Counted from the first letter of the stretch, positions 8,741 through 18,251 are shown. The stretch: 64,000 nucleotides of DNA from an uncultured Acidobacteriota bacterium (GCA_963761615.1 CAVXGU010000003.1:1155238-1219237), one strand, 5' to 3'. Notes: generated from the letters alone by a model not told the origin. Made by a program: numbers and translations.

Positions 8741-9742
8741 ATGCCACAGGACAAGGGCTCCATCGACGTTCGGAACATCGTCAAGACGTTCGGTGACTTC
8801 ACGGCCGTGAAGGGCGTGTCGTTTTCGGTCGCGCCCGGCGAGATCTTCGGTCTGCTCGGGCCGAACGGGGCGGGCAAGTCGACGCTCATCCGGATGTTGA
8901 CCACGCTCCTGATTCCGACGTCGGGCACGGCGTTCGTCAACGGCTTCGACATCGTCAAGCAGCAGGACGACGTGCGCCGCTCGATCGGGGTCATCCCGCA
9001 GGCGATGACGAGTGATCTCGATCTGAGCGTCCGGGAGAACCTCCTCATCTTCGCGAAGCTCTACGGCGTGCCGCGCGAGAAGCGCACCGGCCACATCGAC
9101 GACCTGCTGGCCGCGGTGGAGCTGACGCAGTGGGCCGACAGCCAGGTCAAGAACCTCTCCGGCGGCATGCGGCGCCGGGTCGAGATCGCGCGGGGGCTCG
9201 TCCACGAGCCGCGCATCTTCTTTCTCGACGAGCCGACGACGGGCCTCGACCCGGTCTCGCGCGTGGCCGTGTGGGAGATGATCCAGAAGATCAAGGCCGA
9301 GCGCGACCTCACCGTCCTCATCACGACGCACTACATGGACGAAGCCGACAAGCTCTGCAACCGGATCGCGATCGTGGACCACGGGGAGATGAAGGCGCTC
9401 GACTCGCCGATGAAGCTCAAGGCCTCGATTCCGGGCAAGAACGTCCTGGAAGCGAGCTTCACGCGGACGCCGGACGGCTGGGCCGACCGGCTCCGGACCC
9501 TGCCCGGCGTCGAGAGCATCACCAGCCACGACGGCATTTTCCGGATCGCCTCCGGCAACGGACCGGCGACCACGCTGGCGCTGATGGACGCGGCCGCCCA
9601 GGAGCACATGGCGGTGCAGTCGCTCTCGATCCAGAGCACGACGCTCGACGACGTGTTCGTGCACTACACGGGCCGGCAGCTGCGGGACGCGCTGCAGGAC
9701 GCGAACCCGCTCGACCGCGGGATGATGATTCGGCGGCAGTAG
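8741..9742 (+). CDS. ABC transporter ATP-binding protein (ABC-2/DrrA-like)
   Basis: Walker A GPNGAGKST; signature LSGGMRRR; Walker B IFFLDEPTTGLD; H-loop. Confidence 0.9.
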   Translation: MPQDKGSIDVRNIVKTFGDFTAVKGVSFSVAPGEIFGLLGPNGAGKSTLIRMLTTLLIPTSGTAFVNGFDIVKQQDDVRRSIGVIPQAMTSDLDLSVRENLLIFAKLYGVPREKRTGHIDDLLAAVELTQWADSQVKNLSGGMRRRVEIARGLVHEPRIFFLDEPTTGLDPVSRVAVWEMIQKIKAERDLTVLITTHYMDEADKLCNRIAIVDHGEMKALDSPMKLKASIPGKNVLEASFTRTPDGWADRLRTLPGVESITSHDGIFRIASGNGPATTLALMDAAAQEHMAVQSLSIQSTTLDDVFVHYTGRQLRDALQDANPLDRGMMIRRQ

Positions 9743-9763
9743 GGGACGGACGAAGGAGCATCC

Positions 9764-10880
9764 ATGCAGCGCACCTGGGCCATCATCGAGCGGGATCTGC
9801 GGCGGTTCCGGCGCAGCCCCGTCCTCATCGTCATGTCGATGGTCATGCCCGTCATCCAGCTCGTCGTGCTGGGCTACGCTTTCGGGGGGAACCTGAAGCA
9901 CCTGCGGCTCGGCGTCGTCGATCAGGACGGCGGCGTGCCCGCGGTCAAGGTGCGCGAGCTGGCGAATGCGGTCTCGATGGGGGCGCACACGATCGACACG
10001 GTCCAGTACCGGAGACTCCGGACAGGCGCTCGACGACCTGCGGAACGGGCGGATCAACGGCGTGCTCACGATTCCGCCGGACTTCTCCCGGCGCGTGCTG
10101 ATGAAGGACGCGCCCAGCGTGGCGCTCATCGAGGACAACACGTCCAATTTCGTCGCGGCGTCCCTGGCGGGCACCGTCAACGGCGTGATGTCCGCCTACA
10201 ACAGCCCGGAGGTCGTCGAGAAGCGGATCGGCGGCGACGCCCGGCTCGACGTCGTCGAGATGTATCCGTACGTGCCGTACATCCAGTACCTGCTGCCGGG
10301 CTCGATCGTCATGTCGATCTTCGTGATGGTGATGATCGGCGGCGGGATCATCTTCATCGACGACAAGGCGCGCGGGCTGCACGAGGGCTACCTCGTCACA
10401 CCCATCTCGAAGTTCGAGCTGATCGCCGGGTTCAACGTGTCGGGCACGATCAAGGCGGTGCTGGCCGGACTCGTGCTGATGACGATCGGCTCGATCATCG
10501 CCGGCATCCCGAACCCGTTCGATCCCCTCCGGCTCCTGCGCATGCTCGTGGTGATCACCATCACGTCCTTCGCACTGATCAGCCTGATGTTCCTGCTGAT
10601 GGTGCGCGTCACCGATCCCCTGCTGCCGCGCGCGGTGTTCGGCGTCCTGAACACGCTGCTCTACTTCCCGAGCGGCGCCGTCTATCCGACGCAGGGCTTC
10701 CCGAAGTGGATGCAGTTCATCACGGCCATCGATCCGTTCACCTACGCGGTGCACGCATTCAACAGCCTGCTGCTCAAGAACACCGGATTCGCCGCGATCA
10801 GCTCGGACCTGATGTACCTGGGCATCTTCTGCGTGGTCGCGATGACGCTGGCCACGAGGCTCTTCAAGCGCACGCTGTGA
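9764..10880 (+). pseudogene. ABC-2 type permease interrupted by a single frameshift
   Basis: First 82 codons are in the 9764 frame (MQRTWAIIERDLRRFRRSPV..TIDTVQY). The rest is in the +1 frame (..DSGQALDDLRNGRINGVLTIPPDF.. to TGA 10878-10880). The frames meet at about 10008-10014; deleting one C near 10010 gives a 371-aa permease. Confidence 0.8.
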
Positions 10881-11509
10881 CGACCCACGATCTCGAGACC
10901 CGCGAGCGCCTGCTCGATGCCGCGGCGCGGCTCTTCGCCGACCGGGGCTTCCGGAAGGTCACGGTCCGCGAGATCTGCCGCGAGGCGCGTGCGAACGTCG
11001 CGGCCATCAACTATCACTTCGGCGACAAGCTCGGCCTCTACCGCGAGGTGCTGCAGTCGGCCATCGACACGATGCGGGCGACGACCGAGCTCGGCAGGGC
11101 CGCCGGCGAGGGGCTCGCACCCGAGGAGAAGCTGCGCCGCTTCTTCGAGGTCTTCGCGAAGCGCGTCCTGGAGGATCCCCGGCGCGCCTGGATTCACCGC
11201 CTGGTGCGCCGCGAGATCTCCGATCCCACGCCCGTGCTCGACGCGATCGTGGCCGAGGGCGTGAAGCCGCGCCTCGAGTACCTGGGGACGGTCGTGGGCG
11301 AGATGCTGGGCCGGCCCGCGGAGAGCGACGAGGTGCGGCGGTGCGTGGCGAGCATCCACGCGCTGTGGATGCTGTTCATCCCCAATCCCATCAGCTCGCG
11401 GCTCGGCGCGGCGTTTCGCGTCGGCGTCGACGAGGGCCCCCAGGTGATCGCCGACGTCGCCGAGTTCTCCATCGGCGGCATCCGGGCGCTCGCCGCCCGG
11501 GGAGCCTAG
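10877..11509 (+). CDS. TetR/AcrR-family transcriptional regulator
   Basis: HTH TVREICREARANVAAINYHFGDK; GTG start overlaps the permease stop (GTGA). Confidence 0.85.
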   Translation: MTTHDLETRERLLDAAARLFADRGFRKVTVREICREARANVAAINYHFGDKLGLYREVLQSAIDTMRATTELGRAAGEGLAPEEKLRRFFEVFAKRVLEDPRRAWIHRLVRREISDPTPVLDAIVAEGVKPRLEYLGTVVGEMLGRPAESDEVRRCVASIHALWMLFIPNPISSRLGAAFRVGVDEGPQVIADVAEFSIGGIRALAARGA

Positions 11510-11548
11510 CGCGCCCGACGGACGCCAGGCCGTCCGGACGCCCGCCGG

Positions 11549-12235
11549 CTACGAGAGGCGCGCGCGGTGGAAGGCCTCGAGCTCGACGTTGGCGCGGACG
11601 ATCGTCTCGAGCTGGGCGAGCGTGGCGTCGAGCGCCCGGCCCGGGATCGCGACGTACAGGTCGTCGTCGCCCAGACCGGTGTACACGCGGTTGCCGATGC
11701 AGGCGAAGCTGGCCACGCCCAGGCCGCTCGCCAGGGCGCGAGGAATCATCGCGCACGCCGGGCGGCCCATGATCGACGAGGCATCGAAGACGCCGGCCGC
11801 CCGCGCCGCCTCGGCGGCGATCATCAACTGACGCGGCGTCCCGCGCACGATGACCACATCCGGGGCGAAGGTCGCCTGCTCGAGCGGCGCGTACGCGAGC
11901 ACCGCGAACGGGGCCGTGCGGTGCGGAATCTGCGGGACCTCGTCGGCGCTCAGGTACCGCAGCTCGATCATCGTCCCTACCAGCCCTTCGAGGTCCTTCT
12001 GCTGATCGGCGTTCTGCGGCGCACCCTGGGTGAAGGCGCCGACGGCGCAGCCGTGGTGGTCTTCCGGCAGCGTGTAGAAACCGTGACCCTCGGCGGCGTG
12101 CTTCCAGTACGAACAGCCGGCGGGAAGGGCGTGATCGATTCGCGGCAGTCCGGCCGGCGGTTCTGCCAGGAAGGCGACGCCGATGGGCGGCGAGTCGAGA
12201 TCGAGCGCGGTGCGCAGCAAGGAGCGATCGGGCAT
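11549..12235 (-). CDS. DUF169-family protein
   Basis: Typical IGVAF...C.Y...A..G..F...........C..G pattern; start ATG 12235 (MPDRSLL) rather than ORF-track 12475. Confidence 0.75.
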   Translation of the reverse strand: MPDRSLLRTALDLDSPPIGVAFLAEPPAGLPRIDHALPAGCSYWKHAAEGHGFYTLPEDHHGCAVGAFTQGAPQNADQQKDLEGLVGTMIELRYLSADEVPQIPHRTAPFAVLAYAPLEQATFAPDVVIVRGTPRQLMIAAEAARAAGVFDASSIMGRPACAMIPRALASGLGVASFACIGNRVYTGLGDDDLYVAIPGRALDATLAQLETIVRANVELEAFHRARLS

Positions 12236-12246
12236 GATGGCGGATT

Positions 12247-12465
12247 CTACCAGCCGAGCCGCAGTACCCACCAGAGCGCCGCGCAGATGATTGTGCCGAC
12301 GCCGACGAGTCCCCAGACCGATGTCGTGAAGTAGGGATAGGCGAGGAGGGCCAGCCCGGCAACCAGCTGCGGCACCCGGCCCTGCTTCTTGCCGTACACC
12401 AGCAGCACGAACCCGATGCCGCCGGGGATGAGCGAGAGCAGCAGCCAGGTCGGGTCCAGGCTCAC
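12247..12465 (-). CDS. small membrane protein (2 TM)
   Basis: 72-aa hydrophobic ORF, 4-nt overlap with the upstream gene, 11 nt from the DUF169 gene. Confidence 0.55.
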   Translation of the reverse strand: MSLDPTWLLLSLIPGGIGFVLLVYGKKQGRVPQLVAGLALLAYPYFTTSVWGLVGVGTIICAALWWVLRLGW

Positions 12466-12833
12466 GGACGCTCACCCGGTCCCGACGGTGGGGGCGCCGC
12501 GCGGTGCGTGGCCAGCGCGAGCCGTGCGCCGACGACGAGGCCGAGGTAGACCGCGGCGATGGTCAACCCCAGAATGGCCGTGTTCAAATCCCAGTGCTTG
12601 AAGAGGCCGCCGAAGAAGGGACGCTCGAGCCACGGCAGCGCCAGGCCGTACACGAGCAGCCCGCACCACGCCCAGGTCAGGACCTGGAGCAGGAGGGACC
12701 GCGTGCGGAATTGCCACCAGAGGAACCAGCCTTGGGCGAGCGCGGCGACGAAGATGAGGACGGCGATCAGCAGCCCGGACAGGCCGACCGCGATGGCTTC
12801 GAAGAGCGTGTACTCCTGCCACGCCGGGGTCAT
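12462..12833 (-). CDS. membrane protein (about 4 TM), unknown function
   Basis: Hydrophobic Trp-rich helices; same operon as 12247..12465. Confidence 0.6.
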   Translation of the reverse strand: MTPAWQEYTLFEAIAVGLSGLLIAVLIFVAALAQGWFLWWQFRTRSLLLQVLTWAWCGLLVYGLALPWLERPFFGGLFKHWDLNTAILGLTIAAVYLGLVVGARLALATHRAAPPPSGPGERP

Positions 12834-12844
12834 GCGGCCTGCGG

Positions 12845-13075
12845 CTACTCGGTCTCTTCCGAGCTCTCGGGCTCCTCGTCAGGAAGAAAGTCCCCCCAGG
12901 GGGACGGCTGGGGTCCGGGTACGATGCCGGCCAGGTCAGGGTCTTCGCCGTCGGCGCCCACGCGGCGCTCGCCGCGCTTGGCCGTCGCCTGCGCCCGCCG
13001 CTCCGCCTTCTGCTGGCGCCTCTCGAGTTTCGCGCGCTCGCGCGATCGCTTCTGCTGCGTCACCTTGGCTCTCAT
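12845..13075 (-). CDS. small highly charged protein (basic N-half, acidic C-half)
   Basis: MRAKVTQQKRSRERAKLERRQQKAERR...DEEPESSEETE; ATG at 13075 within a longer junk ORF. Confidence 0.4.
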   Translation of the reverse strand: MRAKVTQQKRSRERAKLERRQQKAERRAQATAKRGERRVGADGEDPDLAGIVPGPQPSPWGDFLPDEEPESSEETE

Positions 13076-13165
13076 AGTGTCATTGTGCCACACCGCTCGC
13101 CGCCTCGTCTTCCGCGTCGCCCGGCACGCTGGACGCATGACGGCGCCGCGGTCAATACTCCCGCG

Positions 13166-14920
13166 ATGGCTCCTGCGGGGCGTCGGGCCGCGATCTGGAC
13201 GGTCGCCCTGGCGTCGGCCTTCGGCTTCCGGCTGGCGTACGGCCTCACGTCCATGTTCTGGACGGAGGACGAACGCCAGGTCTTCCTGATCGGCCTCCGA
13301 TCCTACGCGCGCCGCGAGTGGCCCTTCTTCGGCGCCGACGTCGTCTGGACGCACAGCCGTCTGCCGGGCGCGCTCCAGGCGATGCTGATTCGGGTGCCGC
13401 TCGCCCTGTGGCACGCACCGGAAGCGCCGTTCGTGCTGCTGAACGTGCTGTCGTTCTCCACGATCGCGCTGTTCGCCTGGTACTGTCGCAAGCGCCTGCC
13501 CGATCTGCCTGCCTGGTTCGTCTGGGGCGGACTGCTGCTCGTGCCCTGGACGCTCAACTTCTCGACGCACATCGTCAACACGTCCTACATCCTGCCGGGC
13601 GCCCTCGTGTTCTTCGTCGGGTTCTTCGAGGCGGCGCCGACGTTCCGGATCGGCGTCCTGCCGGAGGCGCTGGCCTGGGCGTCGATGGGGGCCGGGCTCG
13701 TCTTCCTGATGCAGATCCACATGTCATGGGTCCTGCTGCCCGCCTACGTCGCGTACGCGGCCTTCGACCGGCGGCGCGCTCCCCGCCGGCTGGTGCCCCT
13801 GGCGGCGTTCGTTGCCGGCGCCCTTCCGCCGGCCGGGCTCCTGGCGCCGACGCTGCTGCGCTTCGGACCGCGGGCCAGCGCGGTCGCCGCCAACGTCCAG
13901 ATCCGTCCGCAGCCCCCGCAGGAACTGGTCGCGATCGCCGCACGGTTCCTCTCCTTTCCCGCGCTCGAGATGACGCGCTTCATCGGCCTGGACACCGCCG
14001 AGCGCCTGCTCTTCGTCTGGCGGGAGCCGTGGGTGGCGCCGTTTCTCGCCGTCGTGATCGCGGCGGGGGTCGCCCAGCCGGTCGTGATGGCCGTGATCTG
14101 GGTCCGCCCCGGCGATGCCGCGTGGACCCGCATCAAGTGGCTGGCGCTCGCGACCGTCGTGGGCATCTACGTGAGCTTCTTCTTCTCGGTCCGGGATCCG
14201 CTCGCGCACGCCTTCTACGTCGTGTTTCCCGTCGCGGCGCTCTACACCTTCCACGGCTGGCGCCGGCTGGCCGGACCGCGCCTCTGGCGCGCGGCGCTCG
14301 TTGCGCTCGTCTCCTGCGTCGTCGTGCACACGGGCGTGATGATGTGGCAGGGCCCGCGCCGCTCGCTGTACCGGGACCGGCCGCTCGTCCAGGCCGCCAT
14401 CGACTTGCCGAACGACCGGCTGCTCGGCGACCGGCGCGAGACGGTCGTCGATCGCGTCGAGCATCGACCGCGGCCCGTCGACCGCGTCGATCCGGGTGCA
14501 TACGCGCGTGCGAAGGCGTCCGACGACCTGGCGCTCGTCACGATCGCCTGGACGCCGGCGGTTCGCGGAATCGTGTCGGCCTTCGCCCTGACGATCGAGA
14601 ACCGGGGCCGCGACGCCGCCTATCTCGACATCCGGTTCGTCACCACGTACCGGGACCGGGACGGACGCGTCGTGGCCCGGCGCGACGGCGTCGTCAAGGA
14701 GATACTCGAGCCTGGAGACCGGCGGTCGTGGCGGGATCTCACCGACGGACTCGTGCCCTCGGGAGCGGTGTCGGCCTCGCTCTCCCTCGTCAGCGCCGAG
14801 AAGGCGATTCCCTGGGCGCGGCTTGCCGGTCCCCCCAGCAGCCGGAATCGCGGCGGTTCCCCGGTGCCAGCGGCCGCGGCCAACGGCGCCGTGCCGTGCT
14901 GTCGTTCGACGGCCGAGTGA
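13166..14920 (+). CDS. large polytopic membrane protein, possible GT-C-type glycosyltransferase, with soluble C-terminal domain
   Basis: 10 or more TM helices; acidic motif FWTEDERQ in the first loop; about 180-aa beta-rich C-terminal domain. Start 13085 (GTG) or 13166 (ATG). Confidence 0.6.
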   Translation: MAPAGRRAAIWTVALASAFGFRLAYGLTSMFWTEDERQVFLIGLRSYARREWPFFGADVVWTHSRLPGALQAMLIRVPLALWHAPEAPFVLLNVLSFSTIALFAWYCRKRLPDLPAWFVWGGLLLVPWTLNFSTHIVNTSYILPGALVFFVGFFEAAPTFRIGVLPEALAWASMGAGLVFLMQIHMSWVLLPAYVAYAAFDRRRAPRRLVPLAAFVAGALPPAGLLAPTLLRFGPRASAVAANVQIRPQPPQELVAIAARFLSFPALEMTRFIGLDTAERLLFVWREPWVAPFLAVVIAAGVAQPVVMAVIWVRPGDAAWTRIKWLALATVVGIYVSFFFSVRDPLAHAFYVVFPVAALYTFHGWRRLAGPRLWRAALVALVSCVVVHTGVMMWQGPRRSLYRDRPLVQAAIDLPNDRLLGDRRETVVDRVEHRPRPVDRVDPGAYARAKASDDLALVTIAWTPAVRGIVSAFALTIENRGRDAAYLDIRFVTTYRDRDGRVVARRDGVVKEILEPGDRRSWRDLTDGLVPSGAVSASLSLVSAEKAIPWARLAGPPSSRNRGGSPVPAAAANGAVPCCRSTAE

Positions 14921-14968
14921 TCGCCACGACGTGGCGACGGGCTATGATCGGGCCGCTTCTCCCGGAGC

Positions 14969-16369
14969 GTGCGCGTCTCGTCCGGGGGCGGAAGGAAGGG
15001 CTTGGAACCACGTCGCGCCGGGCGGACGCTGGCGAGGTTGGCCTTCGGCGCCGTGGTGCTCGCGGCGGGCATCCTCGTCGCCAGAAACGCCATCCTGTTC
15101 TCACGGAATCTGACGACCGATCGGGACGTCCATGTGGGCGTGGAGCCGCTCTACGGCTACGAGCGGGCGCCGCAGGGCAGCCCCTTCGACAACGGCGGCA
15201 AGTGTGGCGCCGACTACGCGTGCCTGTACTTCGCAGCCCGGAACTACGCGGCGACATCGGTCATGTACGACGGGAACTCGGACCCGTGGAGACGCCCCGC
15301 CTACACGTTTCCGCCGATTCTCATCTTCCTGACCGCGCACACGCTCGCGCGGCCGGACTTTCCGGCGTCCGTCCTGGCCAGCGATCTCCTGCAGGTCCTG
15401 CTGTTCCTGGGCGTCTCGGCATACTTCATGCGGGAGCCGACCGGGTCGAGCCTCGCCGGGATAGCCGCCTGCTGGACGTTTGCGGGCGTGCTTCTCTTTT
15501 GCACGCCCGTCGGACTGACGTGGTTCGAGCGGTCGCAGACGGACCTGTACGTGGCCTCGGCCTCACTCCTGCTGGTCAAGGGCATGAGGGACGGGTCCAC
15601 ACGCGACTTCGTCGGGGCCGGCCTCGTCGGCAGCCTCAAGTGGTCCGGCTTGCCGTTCGTCGCCATGGCCGGGATGGTGTACGTCCTCTGGTCTCCGCAG
15701 GCACGGCGGCGAAAGATCGCGCTCGTCGGACTGGCTCTCGGCATTCCGCTCCTGATCGCGATCGTGTTCGGCCACGACGCGTTCGCGTACTTCCACCTGA
15801 TCATGGAACGAGAGTCGCAGGCGGACGCGGGCTCCGGCGGACTGGCACTCGCGCAACTCCTGCCGGCCGGTGAGGCCTGGATCGTGGCGTCCAAGGGCCT
15901 GCCGTTCGTTCTTCCCGCCGCGCTCCTCGCGCTGGCGCCCCGATGGGCCCGATCGGGACGCGCGGTGGCGACGTCGGTCGAGATGCTGTGGTGGGGAGCG
16001 GCGTCGTACGTGGGCGGCCAGTTCGGGACCTACGCGTTCGCGTACCGACTTGTCGCCTCGCTGTTCGTCGTCGCGCTCGTCGTCGACGGTCGGCCCATTC
16101 TGCTGCGGGATCGCCACTCGAGGTTCTCCGGCGTGGCGCGGGCCGTCGGCCTGGTCTCTCTCGCGTACACGTTCTACCTGCTGGTGCCGGGGGCGGGCTT
16201 CTTCGAGCGATGGCGTCGGAACCCGATCGTCGCGCACACGCGACTGGCCTGGGAGGCGACGGCGTTCTGGAACCGGCTGATCGGGTACCACCGCGAGGTC
16301 GTGCCCCTCGTGACGGTCCTGGCGACCCTGCTCCTGGTCTCTCTTCTCGCGAGGTTGGAACGAACTTGA
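14969..16369 (+). CDS. polytopic membrane protein, DUF2029/GT87-like
   Basis: ADYACLYFAARNY......YTFPPILIFL resembles the DxxxYYxAA...YPP signature of DUF2029 glycosyltransferases; many TM helices. Confidence 0.6.
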   Translation: MRVSSGGGRKGLEPRRAGRTLARLAFGAVVLAAGILVARNAILFSRNLTTDRDVHVGVEPLYGYERAPQGSPFDNGGKCGADYACLYFAARNYAATSVMYDGNSDPWRRPAYTFPPILIFLTAHTLARPDFPASVLASDLLQVLLFLGVSAYFMREPTGSSLAGIAACWTFAGVLLFCTPVGLTWFERSQTDLYVASASLLLVKGMRDGSTRDFVGAGLVGSLKWSGLPFVAMAGMVYVLWSPQARRRKIALVGLALGIPLLIAIVFGHDAFAYFHLIMERESQADAGSGGLALAQLLPAGEAWIVASKGLPFVLPAALLALAPRWARSGRAVATSVEMLWWGAASYVGGQFGTYAFAYRLVASLFVVALVVDGRPILLRDRHSRFSGVARAVGLVSLAYTFYLLVPGAGFFERWRRNPIVAHTRLAWEATAFWNRLIGYHREVVPLVTVLATLLLVSLLARLERT

Positions 16370-16452
16370 CCTATACGCGAACGTGGCGCTGTCGGAGCAA
16401 GGCCAACCGGTGTGACGGGGTGTCATATCTGCCACCCTGCGAACCGCCTGCG

Positions 16453-17421
16453 TCAGAAGATGTCATTGCGCCAGTACAAGACGTCGCAGTCGGAGAGCGG
16501 CTTCTCCAAGGCGGCGGATCCGAAGAAGCGCGCCATCAGGACATTCGGCGATTGCTTCGCCGAGACGATCGCAACCTGTGGAGGCACGAAGCCGGGCGGC
16601 AGCCAGCCGCGGATCGTCGCACGACGTTCCGCAGGCTCGCGGGCGATGAGCGCCTGCAATATCGCGCCGACCCGCGCACCGGCCGGGTCGCGATCGCCGC
16701 ACTCCTCAATCGACCAGGTGCTGCCGACCACGCTGATGACGACGTAGGCGGCAGCCGTGATGCCTTCCTCCGCGATGAAGAAGTGCAGCTGGCGTGCGCC
16801 GCTGACCCCGAGGCCTGCCAGCAATCGCTTCTTCGTAATCGCGTGGTGAACCAGATCGATGTCGCGATCGAGGTGGAATCGAAACGGCGCCGCGCGACGC
16901 TGACCCATTGCCACGATCGCTGCCAGATCCCGTTCCTCGCCGCCGCGCACCAGCGTCATCGGCGCACCGTGGCGGTGCGACTGCGCGACGGTGAGTTCGA
17001 CGTCCGTGGTGGGGATCCTCTCGAAGCCGTGCTGGCCCCACAATGTCGAGTCGCCGTCGGAGAAGAGCAGAGCCAGCTCATCCCCATCCTGGTGCGCGTC
17101 ATCGATGAGGTGCTGGACCAGCGCCAGCGCATGGCCGCGGCCGCGGTGGAGGGGGTCTGTGACGACCGCACCGAGGCCGCAGACGCGTACGGACCGGCCC
17201 TCGACAACACCCGCCAAGCGATACCGTTTGGCGCTCGCCAGCACCTCGGTTCCGTCAACAAGGGCGAATTGTCGCTCGTGCTTCTGGCACCAATCCATCT
17301 TCCGCACCGCGGAGTCAAGCCTGCGGAAGGCTGCCGGGGTCAGCCCGCGGTTCCAGAGCGTGTACTGCCCTTCGAGCACACGGTCCAGAATCGCTGCTTC
17401 GGCGGGGACAATGGTCAGCAT
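16453..17421 (-). CDS. GNAT-family acetyltransferase (Eis-like, with C-terminal SCP2-like region)
   Basis: Acetyl-CoA motif VVTDPLHRGRGHALALVQHL; about 320-aa multi-domain architecture. Confidence 0.8.
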   Translation of the reverse strand: MLTIVPAEAAILDRVLEGQYTLWNRGLTPAAFRRLDSAVRKMDWCQKHERQFALVDGTEVLASAKRYRLAGVVEGRSVRVCGLGAVVTDPLHRGRGHALALVQHLIDDAHQDGDELALLFSDGDSTLWGQHGFERIPTTDVELTVAQSHRHGAPMTLVRGGEERDLAAIVAMGQRRAAPFRFHLDRDIDLVHHAITKKRLLAGLGVSGARQLHFFIAEEGITAAAYVVISVVGSTWSIEECGDRDPAGARVGAILQALIAREPAERRATIRGWLPPGFVPPQVAIVSAKQSPNVLMARFFGSAALEKPLSDCDVLYWRNDIF

Positions 17422-17605
17422 CGGGAGCGAAGGCGCCGAATCTCAGTCGGCCGGAATGGCGACGGCTGCCGACACCGGGGGCGCTGTTCAGTTGAGGACA
17501 GACGCCGCCATCGTGATCGCTCTATCGTCACGCCAGTCGGACGTGCCACAACTCTCCCCGGGCGCGCGTTCGTGTACTCGTTCACGTCAGTTGGGAGTCG
17601 CCTGC

Positions 17606-18040
17606 ATGCATCTTAGACCGCTCCACGACCGCATTCTCGTTCAACGTGTCGACGAAGGCGAACAGCGCAGCCGCGGAATCGTCATTCCGGATTCCGCCAA
17701 GGAAAAGCCACAGCGGGGCAGAGTGATCGCTGCAGGCAACGGGAAGATGCGCGACGGCGGCGACCGCGTCAGGCTCGACGTCAAGGCCGGCGACACGATC
17801 CTCTTCGGCAAGTACTCCGGCCAGGAGGTCAAGCTGGACGGCGTGGAGTATCTGATCATGAAGGAAGACGACGTGCTCGCCGCGATCGGCGGGGACGGTC
17901 CTGCCGCGGCCGTCGCGGTCAAGACCCCGGCGGCGAAGGCCGTCACGGCAAAGGACAGGGCCGTCACGACGAAGGTCAGAGCCGTCACGGCGAAGGCCAG
18001 GGCCGTCGCGACGAAGACCCCAGCCAGGAAGAGGCGCTGA
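17606..18040 (+). CDS. groES: co-chaperonin GroES with 48-aa Ala/Lys/Thr-rich C-terminal extension
   Basis: [62 protein letters not shown] is canonical Cpn10; GGGAG before the ATG; extension [48 protein letters not shown]. Confidence 0.85.
   Translation: MHLRPLHDRILVQRVDEGEQRSRGIVIPDSAKEKPQRGRVIAAGNGKMRDGGDRVRLDVKAGDTILFGKYSGQEVKLDGVEYLIMKEDDVLAAIGGDGPAAAVAVKTPAAKAVTAKDRAVTTKVRAVTAKARAVATKTPARKRR
17939..18022 (+). repeat. 4 tandem 21-nt (heptapeptide AVTxKxR) repeats inside the groES tail
   Basis: Units 17939-17959, 17960-17980, 17981-18001, 18002-18022: gccgtcacggcaaaggacagg / gccgtcacgacgaaggtcaga / gccgtcacggcgaaggccagg / gccgtcgcgacgaagacccca. Confidence 0.9.
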
Positions 18041-18041
18041 C

Positions 18042-18215
18042 ATGGCCAGTCTGATGACCTACGGCGACGCGTCGCGCCAGGCCATTCGCCGCGGAGTCAA
18101 TGGCCTGGCCGATGCAGTGAAGGTGACACTCGGGCCCAAAGGACGCCCCGTCATCATGGGCCGATCATTCGGTTCGCCGGCGAATCGGCTGGAAGCGGCG
18201 CCTGTGCTGTTGTGA
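18042..18215 (+). pseudogene. groEL: groEL N-terminal stub (57 codons)
   Basis: ATG 1 nt after the groES stop. [46 protein letters not shown] matches the GroEL N-terminus (..[25 protein letters not shown]), then diverges ([11 protein letters not shown]) and stops. Confidence 0.7.
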
Positions 18216-18251
18216 ACACCCCCGGTTCTGACGGCGTGCTAGCCTCAACCG

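Noticed and set aside
8501-10180. 559-aa minus-strand ORF over the ABC ATPase/permease
   Set aside because: It is antisense to a gene with Walker A/B and signature motifs, and has no motifs of its own.
13318-15873. 851-aa alternate-frame ORF spanning two genes
   Set aside because: Its Arg/Pro/Gly-rich translation crosses the boundary of two well-formed membrane-protein genes that lie in other frames.
17421-17605. Looked for a CIRCE (HrcA) operator or a sigma32-type promoter upstream of groES
   Set aside because: No TTAGCACTC-N9-GAGTGCTAA-like inverted repeat or convincing heat-shock promoter was found by eye.
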